A stretch of 64,000 nt of DNA from a virus: IMG/VR virus record IMGVR_UViG_3300035670_000167, positions 5,634 through 69,633 of that record; one strand, given 5' to 3'. This document shows, in pieces, positions 20,636-31,100 of this stretch (the first letter of the stretch is position 1; the number at the start of each line of letters is the position of its first letter). A program made the translations under genes and the position numbers. Below the pieces are notes generated by a model. It made no database searches and was not told where the DNA came from. It saw nothing but the letters and a program-made list of their open reading frames with translations.

Positions 20636-20670
20636 AAAAAAAAAGAAGCTCGCAAAAATTTGCGAGCTCT
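20636..20670 (-). terminator. Intrinsic terminator after tail tube gene
   Basis: AGCTCGCAAA/TTTGCGAGCT stem followed by a long U run on the minus strand. Confidence 0.85.
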
Positions 20671-20690
20671 TTTAATTTTCTTTTTATCTA

Positions 20691-21179
20691 TTAGAAGTTC
20701 AATACACAATAATCAGGTTGAACTACCATTGTAAGGTTTACTGCAGTATCTGCTGTATCCCAGTTGTATTCACCAAAGTTAGCACTTGTGATAAAACATC
20801 CTTTTAAAATCCATTCTGATACGATATCGCCTACAGGTCCTAATACGTTAAATGTTAAATCTTTTTTATACATATCTGAATATCCATCACGACCTGTTAC
20901 GGATTCGTGATGTAAACGTACCCATTCCATTACTGCTTGTGCACCTGAAGGAGTGATAGGATCAAATAGTGTAAATGTAATAGGATCCCATTTTGTTATA
21001 CCTTTTACGTAACGTTGAACGTTAATGTGGTTTAATTGAACAGTACCTGAGTTGAGAGTAATTGCACTAACACCTTTGATTTCATATGATGGAATACCAT
21101 CAATATACATGATAAATCTATTCGCCTGTTTTGGTTCAAACGCGGTGAAAAATATTTCGTTGGAATCTAATATTGCCAT
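20691..21179 (-). CDS. Tail tube protein (gp19-like)
   Basis: FEPKQANRF, W..IT.TL.DPI.PSGAQAVMEW, YKKD, GPVGD..EW.L.G.F motifs. Follows the sheath gene. Confidence 0.92.
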   Translation of the reverse strand: MAILDSNEIFFTAFEPKQANRFIMYIDGIPSYEIKGVSAITLNSGTVQLNHINVQRYVKGITKWDPITFTLFDPITPSGAQAVMEWVRLHHESVTGRDGYSDMYKKDLTFNVLGPVGDIVSEWILKGCFITSANFGEYNWDTADTAVNLTMVVQPDYCVLNF

Positions 21180-21225
21180 TTGTTTATTTATTTAATTCTA
21201 TTATAAATATTCAATATTTAAAAAA

Positions 21226-22968
21226 TTACGCTGGGAAAGTAGCTCCTGTTGGTAAAATGTTAAAATCTAAGTAAATGAATTCTGCAGTTTTAGTAGGTTG
21301 AAGATAAATTTGACCAACCATTTGGTTTCTATCAATTACATCTGCAGGATTATTTGAATCATCCATAATTACTTTAAAAGCAAACAAACCTTGACGTTGT
21401 TGTACTGTTTCTAAGTAAGGATTTACAGCTGCTAAAAATGCATTTCTAGTAGCAATAGTATTTTGTTCGAATACTAAATTTTGAGCTACTTCTGAAATAA
21501 AATTCTTAAGAGCAATTAATAATCTACGAACATTTACACGATCAAGAGCTGATGCTTTTGTTTGTAATGTTTTCTGACCGTATACTACAACTCCGTTTGC
21601 TGGGAATGTTGCAATTGGATTAACTTTATTAGAATATAAAGTATCGCGTTGTGTTTGAGTTAATTTAAGTTCTGCTTTAACTACTTGAGATAATCCACCT
21701 CTGTTAATACCAGCAGGAGCAAACCAAGGTTCAGATACTGTATCATTAAAAGCATAAACACCTGGAATCATAGTTGATGCTGGAACCCATACTAATTGAC
21801 CTAAATCTGGGTCAATTGTTTGAACCCATGGCCAATATGAGGCTGCATATGAAGTATTTCTTTGATTTGCTTGAACAGATACTGTGTTTACACTTGAGCT
21901 ATAAGGTACTAAATCCATTACAAAAATATTATCACCTCTGTTTTGAGTATTATTAATAACATTGGTGATAACAGAATTATAATTAGCATCAGAATTATAT
22001 AAACCAGGAATTGCTAATACATTAAATTGGTAAGCATCTTGGTTAGACATTAAAGCTACTGAGGATGTATAATTGTTTGCTACTAATCCTTGAGTATTTG
22101 TACCATTAATATTTTGATAAAAATTAGCACTTCCAGTAATAGTACCTACAGCAGATCCAAATGATCCACTTGGGTTAGATGCAGGAATAAAAGGAGTATA
22201 TGCTGCTTTTGGATTACCATTATTATCGAAATAATTAGGTGTTAAAAAGTAAGGATTAATACTAGATACATAAACATATCGTGAATTATTTCTGTATGTA
22301 CCATAAGAAACCATTTGATTGTTAGTAGTATCTAATTCTTCATAAGTATCACCAATTACTCTAGAAAGGAAGTTTGGAGCTGTAGGGTCTAAAGATAAAC
22401 CAGTCCAAGTTTCTAATACAATTGGATTAGCTGTATTATCATCTCCTCTTCTAATGTATAAATCAAACGTACCAGAAGATGTATTTGGATTTGCAATTTG
22501 GAATCTGATGTTATTTATTGAACCACTTGCTAAAGATCCACTAGCATCAAATGTACTTGTACTATTCATTATAGTACCTTCAGAAAATGTGGTTAAAGTA
22601 AATGCACTACCACTAGCAACTGCACCGGCAGTACTACCTGAAATGAAAGATGAAGTTGCTGGGGAATATGATCCACTAGCAACTCTAGTTACAAGTAAAG
22701 TTTCGCCACCATTAACGAAGAAATTATATGCTGCAATAGAAGTAAAGAAACTATATGTGTTTCCACTACCGGTTCCGTTAGAAACTATTAAAGTAGATCC
22801 AAATTTGTTTGTAAAATCACTATATGATGTAACAATTTGGGGCCATTCTACAGGACCTAATACTGTAGGGCCTATAATTGCGGCGCTGTTTCTAATAGGT
22901 CCTTGTGAAACGAATGAGTTATCATTTTCTCTTGCAAGTACACCTGGTGATATTAATGCTTCTGCCAT
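21226..22968 (-). CDS. Tail sheath protein (gp18-like)
   Basis: SPGV..RE.D N-terminus, YWPW, PWFAPAG..RG, GQKTLQ, DRVNVRRL, PTKTAEFI. Confidence 0.96.
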   Translation of the reverse strand: MAEALISPGVLARENDNSFVSQGPIRNSAAIIGPTVLGPVEWPQIVTSYSDFTNKFGSTLIVSNGTGSGNTYSFFTSIAAYNFFVNGGETLLVTRVASGSYSPATSSFISGSTAGAVASGSAFTLTTFSEGTIMNSTSTFDASGSLASGSINNIRFQIANPNTSSGTFDLYIRRGDDNTANPIVLETWTGLSLDPTAPNFLSRVIGDTYEELDTTNNQMVSYGTYRNNSRYVYVSSINPYFLTPNYFDNNGNPKAAYTPFIPASNPSGSFGSAVGTITGSANFYQNINGTNTQGLVANNYTSSVALMSNQDAYQFNVLAIPGLYNSDANYNSVITNVINNTQNRGDNIFVMDLVPYSSSVNTVSVQANQRNTSYAASYWPWVQTIDPDLGQLVWVPASTMIPGVYAFNDTVSEPWFAPAGINRGGLSQVVKAELKLTQTQRDTLYSNKVNPIATFPANGVVVYGQKTLQTKASALDRVNVRRLLIALKNFISEVAQNLVFEQNTIATRNAFLAAVNPYLETVQQRQGLFAFKVIMDDSNNPADVIDRNQMVGQIYLQPTKTAEFIYLDFNILPTGATFPA

Positions 22969-23017
22969 TTTATGAGTTATTTTGTTTTGTTATAAATATG
23001 TTAAAGTTTTTAAAAAA

Positions 23018-23263
23018 TTACTTGTTTGTAACTTTACCTGTTTTTAAGTTTAAAACTCCTTCACCATATTTTTCTTGTATTTCTTTGCCAAATTTAACAA
23101 AACTTTCTTCTAAAATATATAACTCTTGAATTACTTTATTTTTTTCTTGATTTAATAATTGTAATTCATACTCTAAAGTACCAAGTTGATGTTTTATTTT
23201 TTCTCGTTGATTATTTAGATTATTTATTAATAATAACTCTTCAGGTGTTAAAAACTTATCCAT
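23018..23263 (-). CDS. Small coiled-coil phage protein
   Basis: Heptad-rich sequence ending EKYGEGVLNLKTG. Late-like motif upstream. Confidence 0.7.
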   Translation of the reverse strand: MDKFLTPEELLLINNLNNQREKIKHQLGTLEYELQLLNQEKNKVIQELYILEESFVKFGKEIQEKYGEGVLNLKTGKVTNK

Positions 23264-23283
23264 AATAAATATTTAATTTAATT

Positions 23284-24480
23284 TTAAAAATTTAAAATTT
23301 TATTTAAAGAATCAAACACTTTTTCAGGTTTAATTGATTTAGTACATTCAAAATGTCTTGATGTATTTTTATGGCTAGGACACCATTCCCAATCCCCAGG
23401 ATTTAACCATTCTTTATTAAAACATCCTGTACAAATATTGGTATCATAATTAAATATACGTTCACAATCTGTAAATTCACTATAAGGTAAACTAAATCCA
23501 GAGATTAAAATTACAGGAGTGTTAAGAGACCAAGCTAACCATGATAATCCACTTCCAACACCTATAAAAGCATCAGCATGATTTATATCTACCATTCTAT
23601 CTTCAATAGTATAATTTCCTGTTTTATCAATTACATTTTTTAATGTTCCCCCTAATTTAGAATCATGCCATTTATCTCCTAAACGTTCTTGAGTAATCAT
23701 TACTACTTTATAACCTTTTTCATTTAAATAATCAATAACAGATTGCCACCCACCAGGATAGTTCCAATATTTAGCATGTGCCGAAGCATGAGGAGCTATG
23801 ACAACATATTTACCTTCGATTTGTTTTGCTTTATTTGGAATATTAATTTTAGGTTTTATTTCAGTATAAGATAAACCTAATACTGAGGTTGATGTTTCCC
23901 CTAAAGGATGTTGTTTAAAATCTATTGGTATTTTTGTTTTAACAACTTCTTTATTATCATAAAACCATCCAATATTATACATTGCATATAATTTTGGGAC
24001 TTCAGTACCGGGGGTAACAAATTCTAGTTCAGGATATTCTTTTTCAAACCACTCATTGTGAAAAGTAGAACAAATTACATGACATTTATGTTTTTTTCTA
24101 AATTCATCAATATATGGAAACCATGCTAATGTATCACCAATAGCTGAGGATTCTAAATGGATATAGATTCTTTTATCTTTAGCATCGAATTTATGTTCAA
24201 ATACTAATTCATTGTTCTCTAGATCATAAACTTCTATTTTCCAATCAATAAAATATTCAATACCTGGTTTGGTCCACATATTATTAGAAATTTCTGATTC
24301 GTATATCAGATGATTTTTTTGTTGGTCAAAGAATTTTACTAAGTATTTTTTTGAATCAGAACCTAATATTTCTAAAAATGCTCCATTTAAAAAATGAACA
24401 TTAAAAGTATTACTAGTTTTTTTATAAGGTAAATTAAGTTGAGAGATGTTATTATACTCCTTGATTAAAACTTCTTTCAT
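23284..24480 (-). CDS. TibC/AAH-family protein O-heptosyltransferase (autotransporter heptosyltransferase-like)
   Basis: AIGDTLAWFPY, FIGVGSGLSWLAW, ISGFS.P..EF and the four-Cys iron-finger CTGC...WCPSH...HFECTKSI. Confidence 0.88.
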   Translation of the reverse strand: MKEVLIKEYNNISQLNLPYKKTSNTFNVHFLNGAFLEILGSDSKKYLVKFFDQQKNHLIYESEISNNMWTKPGIEYFIDWKIEVYDLENNELVFEHKFDAKDKRIYIHLESSAIGDTLAWFPYIDEFRKKHKCHVICSTFHNEWFEKEYPELEFVTPGTEVPKLYAMYNIGWFYDNKEVVKTKIPIDFKQHPLGETSTSVLGLSYTEIKPKINIPNKAKQIEGKYVVIAPHASAHAKYWNYPGGWQSVIDYLNEKGYKVVMITQERLGDKWHDSKLGGTLKNVIDKTGNYTIEDRMVDINHADAFIGVGSGLSWLAWSLNTPVILISGFSLPYSEFTDCERIFNYDTNICTGCFNKEWLNPGDWEWCPSHKNTSRHFECTKSIKPEKVFDSLNKILNF

Positions 24481-25411
24481 ATATTTTTATTAATTCTTTT
24501 GAACGATTAAACCATGATAATTCTTGAGATGTATTAAAAACTTTTTCTCTATATGATTCCCAATTAGACATAATATCTTTTAAACCTTTATCCATTTCAA
24601 ATACATCTCTAGGAGCTCTCCAAGCACCATGAAAATCTGTATTTAGTTCCCAATCAGCAATAATTGGTAAACCAGCTGCAGCTGCTTCAACCATTGTTAA
24701 ATTAGGATGGCCTGCTTCTAACATTGTTGGGTGAATAAAGATATCATGTTGATGATAAAGATTTAATAATTCATTATTATGAGTATCGAATACTAAATTT
24801 AATTTAGGATAATTTAACATCCATAAATGTGAATTAAAAAAACTTTTATTAGCAGAAGGACCAGCTATAGTAATTTCTAAATTATTTAACATAGCTAACC
24901 CTAAACCGTATGTAAAACCTTTTCTATCATAGGATTGATTTCCTGCTAATCCATTATTAGCTATCATTAATAGTTTTGGTTTTATTGGTTTTGGTTTATC
25001 AACAGGATAAAAATCATCAGTATTTACACCATGAGAAAAATATATACATTTAGGGTGATCAAAATAATCAACTAAAAAACGGGCAGGCATTAAAGCTATA
25101 ATAGAACCTTCAATTGCTTTTAGATTTTCTTTATAAACATGAGATTCTTTACCATAATGATAAGCATGGTGATCATGAATTTGATATATATAAGGAATAC
25201 CTTTTTTAGCTAATTGAATAGCTAAATTTGCTACATGACAGTGTACAATATCATATTCTCCTGGGTGGATATGTCCTGACATTTTAATATCAACTTGATG
25301 ATCTAATTTGGTAAGATTTTGAGTAAATTCCCAAACAATTTTTTCAATAGCTCCCCACGATGGAGGGGGAATAGGAATACCACAACCAGGATCTATTTGG
25401 CAAATTTTCAT
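24452..25411 (-). CDS. GT-B glycosyltransferase (GT4-like)
   Basis: IPPPSWGAIEK, DIVHCH, HGVNTDDF, RKG, DIFIHPTMLEAGHPNLTMVEAAAAGLPII. Confidence 0.9.
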   Translation of the reverse strand: MKICQIDPGCGIPIPPPSWGAIEKIVWEFTQNLTKLDHQVDIKMSGHIHPGEYDIVHCHVANLAIQLAKKGIPYIYQIHDHHAYHYGKESHVYKENLKAIEGSIIALMPARFLVDYFDHPKCIYFSHGVNTDDFYPVDKPKPIKPKLLMIANNGLAGNQSYDRKGFTYGLGLAMLNNLEITIAGPSANKSFFNSHLWMLNYPKLNLVFDTHNNELLNLYHQHDIFIHPTMLEAGHPNLTMVEAAAAGLPIIADWELNTDFHGAWRAPRDVFEMDKGLKDIMSNWESYREKVFNTSQELSWFNRSKELIKIYERSFNQGV

Positions 25412-28068
25412 TATTCTGTAAATATTAAGGGATTATCTGTTTTACCATCTTTATTGGATTGTTCTACTATACTAAATCCTGGGAGATGTTTGGTGTAAAT
25501 TTTTTCTGCTGTACCTACTCTTAATCTAGCTACATTACATATCCATAAATCAATAGCATCCCAGGGTAATGTTTCTAGCATTACCTTGATTTTTCTAATT
25601 TTAACATTATTAATTAAATACGATTGAGCTGGGATAAAAGGAGTTACATCTGTATAAATGTCTTCTATTTTAGGGCCATTTAAATTTCTATCCTGCCATG
25701 GATTACCAAATCCTATAATATCCATATCAGTTTGATATGATAATTTATTAAATCTAATCAAAGATTCATATAATTCTTGATAATCACTGTCTATTACAAC
25801 ATCACCTTCTACAATTAATACAAAATCATATTTAGTATTATCTTCAGCACATAAAGCATTTTTATGAGCTAAATAGCACCCATAATGTCCAGGAGCTAAT
25901 TTATAGTAGCCTGGTTTATCTTGAACATCTTGTGGGCGAGAACATGTTTCTTTTGGAGGGAGTTCTTTCCAGATTTCATTAATACGTTGTTCGTATACTA
26001 TATCTGTTTTTTCACAAAAATCCTTAATGTTTTCTATTGATTTAATTTCTTTAGAATTAGAATCAGGTTCAGTAACTAAATGCATTAATTTTATTTTAGG
26101 AATATAATGTTTTACTTCTAATTTTCCATTAAATTCTAAATTAGTTACTTGAATTGTAATAACTTTTAAAGTTTTATGATAATTACCTATGGTAAATTCT
26201 ACTTCCATTCCTTCTTCATATCGAAAAACTTTGTAATAATCTGTTTTACCCTCTACATTTAATTCATCAAAAAATATTTCATTTTTATCTTTATCGCGTA
26301 TTACAACTCGAATAAATCTTGATTCTTTACTATTAGAAATTCTAATATAAGGAGCAAATGAGTTTGGAATATTAGTTGGTAATACTGTGTAATATTCTAC
26401 TTGGGAAAAATCAGAATGATCAAATGTTTCTAAACTTTTTTGATCAAAAATTTCAATATCTTCAAAATATATATAATCAGTACTTCGTTTAAAAATATGA
26501 TACCACATATTTTCTAAACCATTACTTTCACTTCCTAATTGAAAACGAAGTTGTTCATAATCTTCAGCATTATAAATTTGATGAATATGATCAAAAAAGA
26601 AATCAGAATGAATTGCACAAAAATAAGTATGTAAAGCATCACCTTCGGAAGCTTTATATTTACCAAAATATGCTTTTTTATTATCTAATATTTTAGAAAT
26701 TTCATCTATATGATGAGATGATTGAATTGTATAATCAAAATTAAGAAAAAATAATTTTTTATATCCTAAACTTTTTGCTAAAGAAGCACCATTTACATAA
26801 TTTGAATAAACACTAGGACCATGATATATATCATTATTATTTCCTCTTAAATTAATATAAACTTTATGATCAGGATGATCTGCCCAATAATTACTATAAT
26901 AGGTATGTTTTGTAAGAATATTATTGTTATCTACAACAACATAATCTGCTTTTGCTTCAATAGAAAATGGAACAGGAATATGTGATGTAACTAAAACTTT
27001 ATTTCCTCTAGCTTGAATTGAATCTATAGTTTTTAATGTGGTTTCAATTACAGCATCACTTATTGGAAAAGTAGATAAGATAAATATTTCTTCATCTGAA
27101 TTTGATTCTTTAATACCTAATTTTTTAGCAATTTTGTCATAATTAGTTTTAAAATCATCAAATTTTAAATAATCAATAGTAGGGAATTTATTAAAATAAT
27201 CTAAATAAACAGGAAGGTTATATATTAATGTAGGAATTTGATATGAAATTGCTTCACGAATAACTAAAGGCATTGTTTCTTTATCGTTTTCATGACCTCT
27301 GGAGGTAAATAAAAATAAATCCATTGCCTGGTAGAACTTATCTACATCTGTGCGTTCATTCCACCATGTTAAATTTGAGGGTTGATCTTTGGCTAATGGT
27401 TCCCAATACCATTTAAAATTATCTGCTCTATTTCCTAAACTATGAAATTCTACATCAGGAAATTGTCTAGCATATTCAAAAAATTCTGCTTGATTTTTAC
27501 GAGAAGTATATAATCCTACATGTAAAACATGTTTTTTAGCGGGATCTAATTGTAGATTACGCAGTGCCTCTTCACGGTCAGGGCGTTCAATATATTCAAT
27601 AGGATATTCAACTAATACGCTTGGAACATTAATATCTTGATACTGATTAATTTGCCATTGAGATACAAACATAAATTTATCTGGGAAGAATTTTTTATTG
27701 TTTGTATCAAAAGATGAATCATGAGATGTTTCTACAATTTTATAATTTCTTTCCGTATTATAAATTTGTTTAGCAATATTTTCATCCATAAAAAACTCAG
27801 GAATTTCTTCTAAATGAATAATATCCGGTTTAACATGATGAATAATATCAATTAATTCTTGTTTATCTTCTTTAAGAGTAAAAAATTTATCAGAATCAAC
27901 TAAATTAACTATTTTATTTTTAGTTATTACTAAAACGCCTCCAGTACAATCTACCCATTCTACAAGATAAATCTCGTAAGTATTTCTAAGTAATTCTATC
28001 TTCTTGGTTAAATATTGTGGGAGTCCGCCTGTTGATAAATGTGGGGCAATAAATAACAATTTTTGCAT
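25411..28068 (-). CDS. Multi-domain glycosyltransferase (GT4-like + GT-A-like middle + GT25-like C-terminus)
   Basis: N-terminal HLSTGGLPQY, RKNQ, DLFLFTS..ETMPLVIREA. Middle LVTSH, FLNFD. C-terminal GHYGCYLAH, LIVEGD, QSYLI, AIDLW. Confidence 0.85.
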   Translation of the reverse strand: MQKLLFIAPHLSTGGLPQYLTKKIELLRNTYEIYLVEWVDCTGGVLVITKNKIVNLVDSDKFFTLKEDKQELIDIIHHVKPDIIHLEEIPEFFMDENIAKQIYNTERNYKIVETSHDSSFDTNNKKFFPDKFMFVSQWQINQYQDINVPSVLVEYPIEYIERPDREEALRNLQLDPAKKHVLHVGLYTSRKNQAEFFEYARQFPDVEFHSLGNRADNFKWYWEPLAKDQPSNLTWWNERTDVDKFYQAMDLFLFTSRGHENDKETMPLVIREAISYQIPTLIYNLPVYLDYFNKFPTIDYLKFDDFKTNYDKIAKKLGIKESNSDEEIFILSTFPISDAVIETTLKTIDSIQARGNKVLVTSHIPVPFSIEAKADYVVVDNNNILTKHTYYSNYWADHPDHKVYINLRGNNNDIYHGPSVYSNYVNGASLAKSLGYKKLFFLNFDYTIQSSHHIDEISKILDNKKAYFGKYKASEGDALHTYFCAIHSDFFFDHIHQIYNAEDYEQLRFQLGSESNGLENMWYHIFKRSTDYIYFEDIEIFDQKSLETFDHSDFSQVEYYTVLPTNIPNSFAPYIRISNSKESRFIRVVIRDKDKNEIFFDELNVEGKTDYYKVFRYEEGMEVEFTIGNYHKTLKVITIQVTNLEFNGKLEVKHYIPKIKLMHLVTEPDSNSKEIKSIENIKDFCEKTDIVYEQRINEIWKELPPKETCSRPQDVQDKPGYYKLAPGHYGCYLAHKNALCAEDNTKYDFVLIVEGDVVIDSDYQELYESLIRFNKLSYQTDMDIIGFGNPWQDRNLNGPKIEDIYTDVTPFIPAQSYLINNVKIRKIKVMLETLPWDAIDLWICNVARLRVGTAEKIYTKHLPGFSIVEQSNKDGKTDNPLIFTE

Positions 28069-28084
28069 AACAGTCTATTTCCCA

Positions 28085-28115
28085 TAAATATACGTAAAAT
28101 TATTTAAAGTACCAA
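28085..28115 (-). promoter_or_regulatory. Bipartite promoter TTGG-N19-TATATTTA upstream of glycosyltransferase operon
   Basis: CCAA 28112-28115 and TAAATATA 28085-28092 on plus strand, spacer 19 nt. Confidence 0.7.
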
Positions 28116-28121
28116 GTTGTA

Positions 28122-31100
28122 TTATCCGTTAGTAAAATAAGTTGTATCAGGTCTGAAGTTTATTGTATAGTAGGCTCCATTTTGTCTGATTACGTTTCCT
28201 ACTCCTCTTATAATAGAACCTGCTGCTGTTGGTACGGTTGCACTAACATTACCCGCAGTTGTTCCTACATAAAGTGGATCACCAATTGTTGCTACACCAT
28301 CTATTAAGTTAGTAGTATATATACCATCAATTAATACTGAGATTTCGTTTCCAACTCCAGCAACTGTTCTTAATACTACCCCTAATATAAATTCAGTTGT
28401 AGAAAGTGCATCAGCATCTGTTCTAAACCATTGACCTGAGGCAGCCTGGTAATGTACTAATTGACCAACTGTTAATGCTTCTCCGGAGGTTTGGCTATGA
28501 AGTATTGTTCCTTGAACATAAACTGCAGCTTGATTTGGATCTAATATAGATGTATGTCCTGGATAAAGTTTAGCGGTAATTGTAGTACCTGAAAGAGCTG
28601 TATCACCTGCCCATAAATAATTTTCAGCATCAGACCATAAGACATTTTCTCCAGAAAATGATACACTACCATTTACATCTAATGTTTGTGTTGGGCCTGT
28701 AGTATTAACACCTAATCTAGTATTTGTAATATCAGCATATAAGAATGATACACTTTGTACTGTTGTTGTACTTGTAGTTCTTACTAAATAATCTGGTTGA
28801 TTGGTAAATACACCACCACTAATACCTGAGGTACCGTTGATTGATTGACCACTTGTTCCCGCTACACCACTTGTACCATTAGTTCCGTTTGCTCCTGATG
28901 TTCCATTAGAACCTGATGAACCTGAAGAACCTGAAAGCGCACTTACACCTGAATTACCTTTGTTTCCTGAAACACCATTTGTACCTGAAGAACCAGTTGT
29001 ACCTGAAGTTCCTGATGCTCCTGAGTTACCGTTGTTTCCTGAGTTTCCTGAACTACCATTTGAACCACTTGTACCTGAGTTACCTGAGTTACCTGAAACT
29101 CCGTTGTTTCCTGAGTTACCGTTTGAACCATTAGTTCCGCTTGAACCTGAGCTACGGCTTAATCCTGAAGTACCTGCGTTTCCTGAGTTACCAGAGTTAC
29201 CTGAAGTACCATTAGAACCTGATGAACCTGAAGTTCCTGATGAACCTGAAGTCCGACTTAAGCCAGAATTACCTGCGTTTCCTGAGTTACCTGAAGAACC
29301 TGTTGTTCCGGATGAACCTGAAGTTCCTGATGAACCTGAACTACGGCTTAATCCTGAAGTACCTGCGTTTCCTGAGTTACCAGAGTTACCTGAAGTACCA
29401 TTAGAACCTGATGAACCTGAAGTTCCTGATGAACCTGAAGTCCGACTTAAACCAGAATTACCTGCATTTCCTGAGTTACCTGAAGAACCTGTTGTTCCGC
29501 TTGAACCTGAGGTTCCTGATGAACCTGAGCTGCGGCTTAAACCAGAGTTACCTGCGTTACCTGAGTTACCGTTTGAACCTGTTGTTCCGCTTGAACCTGA
29601 TGTTCCTGATGAACCTGAAGTCCGACTTAAACCAGAGTTACCTGCGTTACCTGAGTTACCTGAAGAACCTGTTGTTCCGCTTGAACCTGAGGTTGCACTT
29701 AAACCAGAAGTACCTGAGTTACCTGAGTTGCCAGAGTTACCGTTTGAACCTGTTGTTCCGCTTGAACCTGAGCTGCGGCTTAATCCTGAAGTACCTGCGT
29801 TTCCTGAGTTACCGTTTGAACCATTAGTTCCGCTTGAACCCGATGTTCCTGAAGTCTGACTTAAGCCAGAATTACCTGCGTTTCCTGAGTTACCATTGGA
29901 ACCATTGGTTCCACTTGAACCTGAAGTTGCACTTAGACCAGAAGTACCTGCGTTACCTGAGTTACCTGCGTTACCTGAAGTACCATTAGATCCTGTAGTT
30001 CCGCTTGAACCTGAGCTGCGGCTTAATCCTGAAGTACCTGCATTTCCTGAAGTACCATTATTTCCGGAGGTACCATTTGAACCATTAGTTCCGCTTGAAC
30101 CTGAAGTCCGACTTAATCCTGAAGTACCCGCGTTTCCTGAGTTACCATTGGAACCATTGGTTCCACTTGAACCTGAGGTTGCACTTAAACCAGAGTTACC
30201 TGCGTTACCTGAGTTACCGTTTGAACCTGTTGTTCCGGATGAACCTGAGCTGCGGCTTAATCCTGAAGTACCTGCGTTTCCTGAAGTACCATTATTTCCG
30301 GAGGTACCATTTGAACCATTAGTTCCGCTTGAACCTGAAGTCCGACTTAATCCTGAAGTACCCGCGTTTCCTGAGTTACCTGAGGTACCGTTTGAACCTG
30401 TAGTTCCGCTTGTACCTGATAATCCTGAGTTGCCATTGTTTCCATTATTTCCAGAAGTACCATTTGAACCTGTAGTTCCGTTTGTACCTGAATTACCTGA
30501 ATTACCTGAGGTTCCGTTATTTCCAGAAGTACCATTTGAACCTGTAGTTCCTGATGAACCTGAGGTACGACTTAAACCGCTTGTTCCTGTGTTACCTGAG
30601 GTACCTGCAGTACCAGCTGAACCTGATGTACCTGAGTTAGCACTAGCACCACTTGTTCCAGCATTACCTGAGGTACCTGATGTACCAGCTGAACCTGATG
30701 TACCAGAAGTTGCACTAGCACCACTTGTTCCGGCATTTCCTGAATTACCTGAAGTACCGTTTGTACCAGTTGAACCTGAAGAACCTGAAGTTCTGCTTAA
30801 TCCTGAATTACTAGTATCACCAGATGAGCCATTAGTACCAGATGAACCACTTGTACCTGAGGTTTGACTTGGACCACTAGTACCAGCAACACCTGATGTA
30901 CCTACTGAACCTGTTGTACCTGATGAACCACTTGTGTTTGATAATCCGCTTGTTCCAGCATTACCTGAGTTTCCTGAAGTACCGTTTGAACCAGTTGTAC
31001 CTGAAGTTCCTGAGTTAGCACTAACACCACTCGTACCTGCATTACCTGTAGTACCTGCTGTACCTGTTGATCCTGAAGAACCAGAGGTAGCACTTAATCC

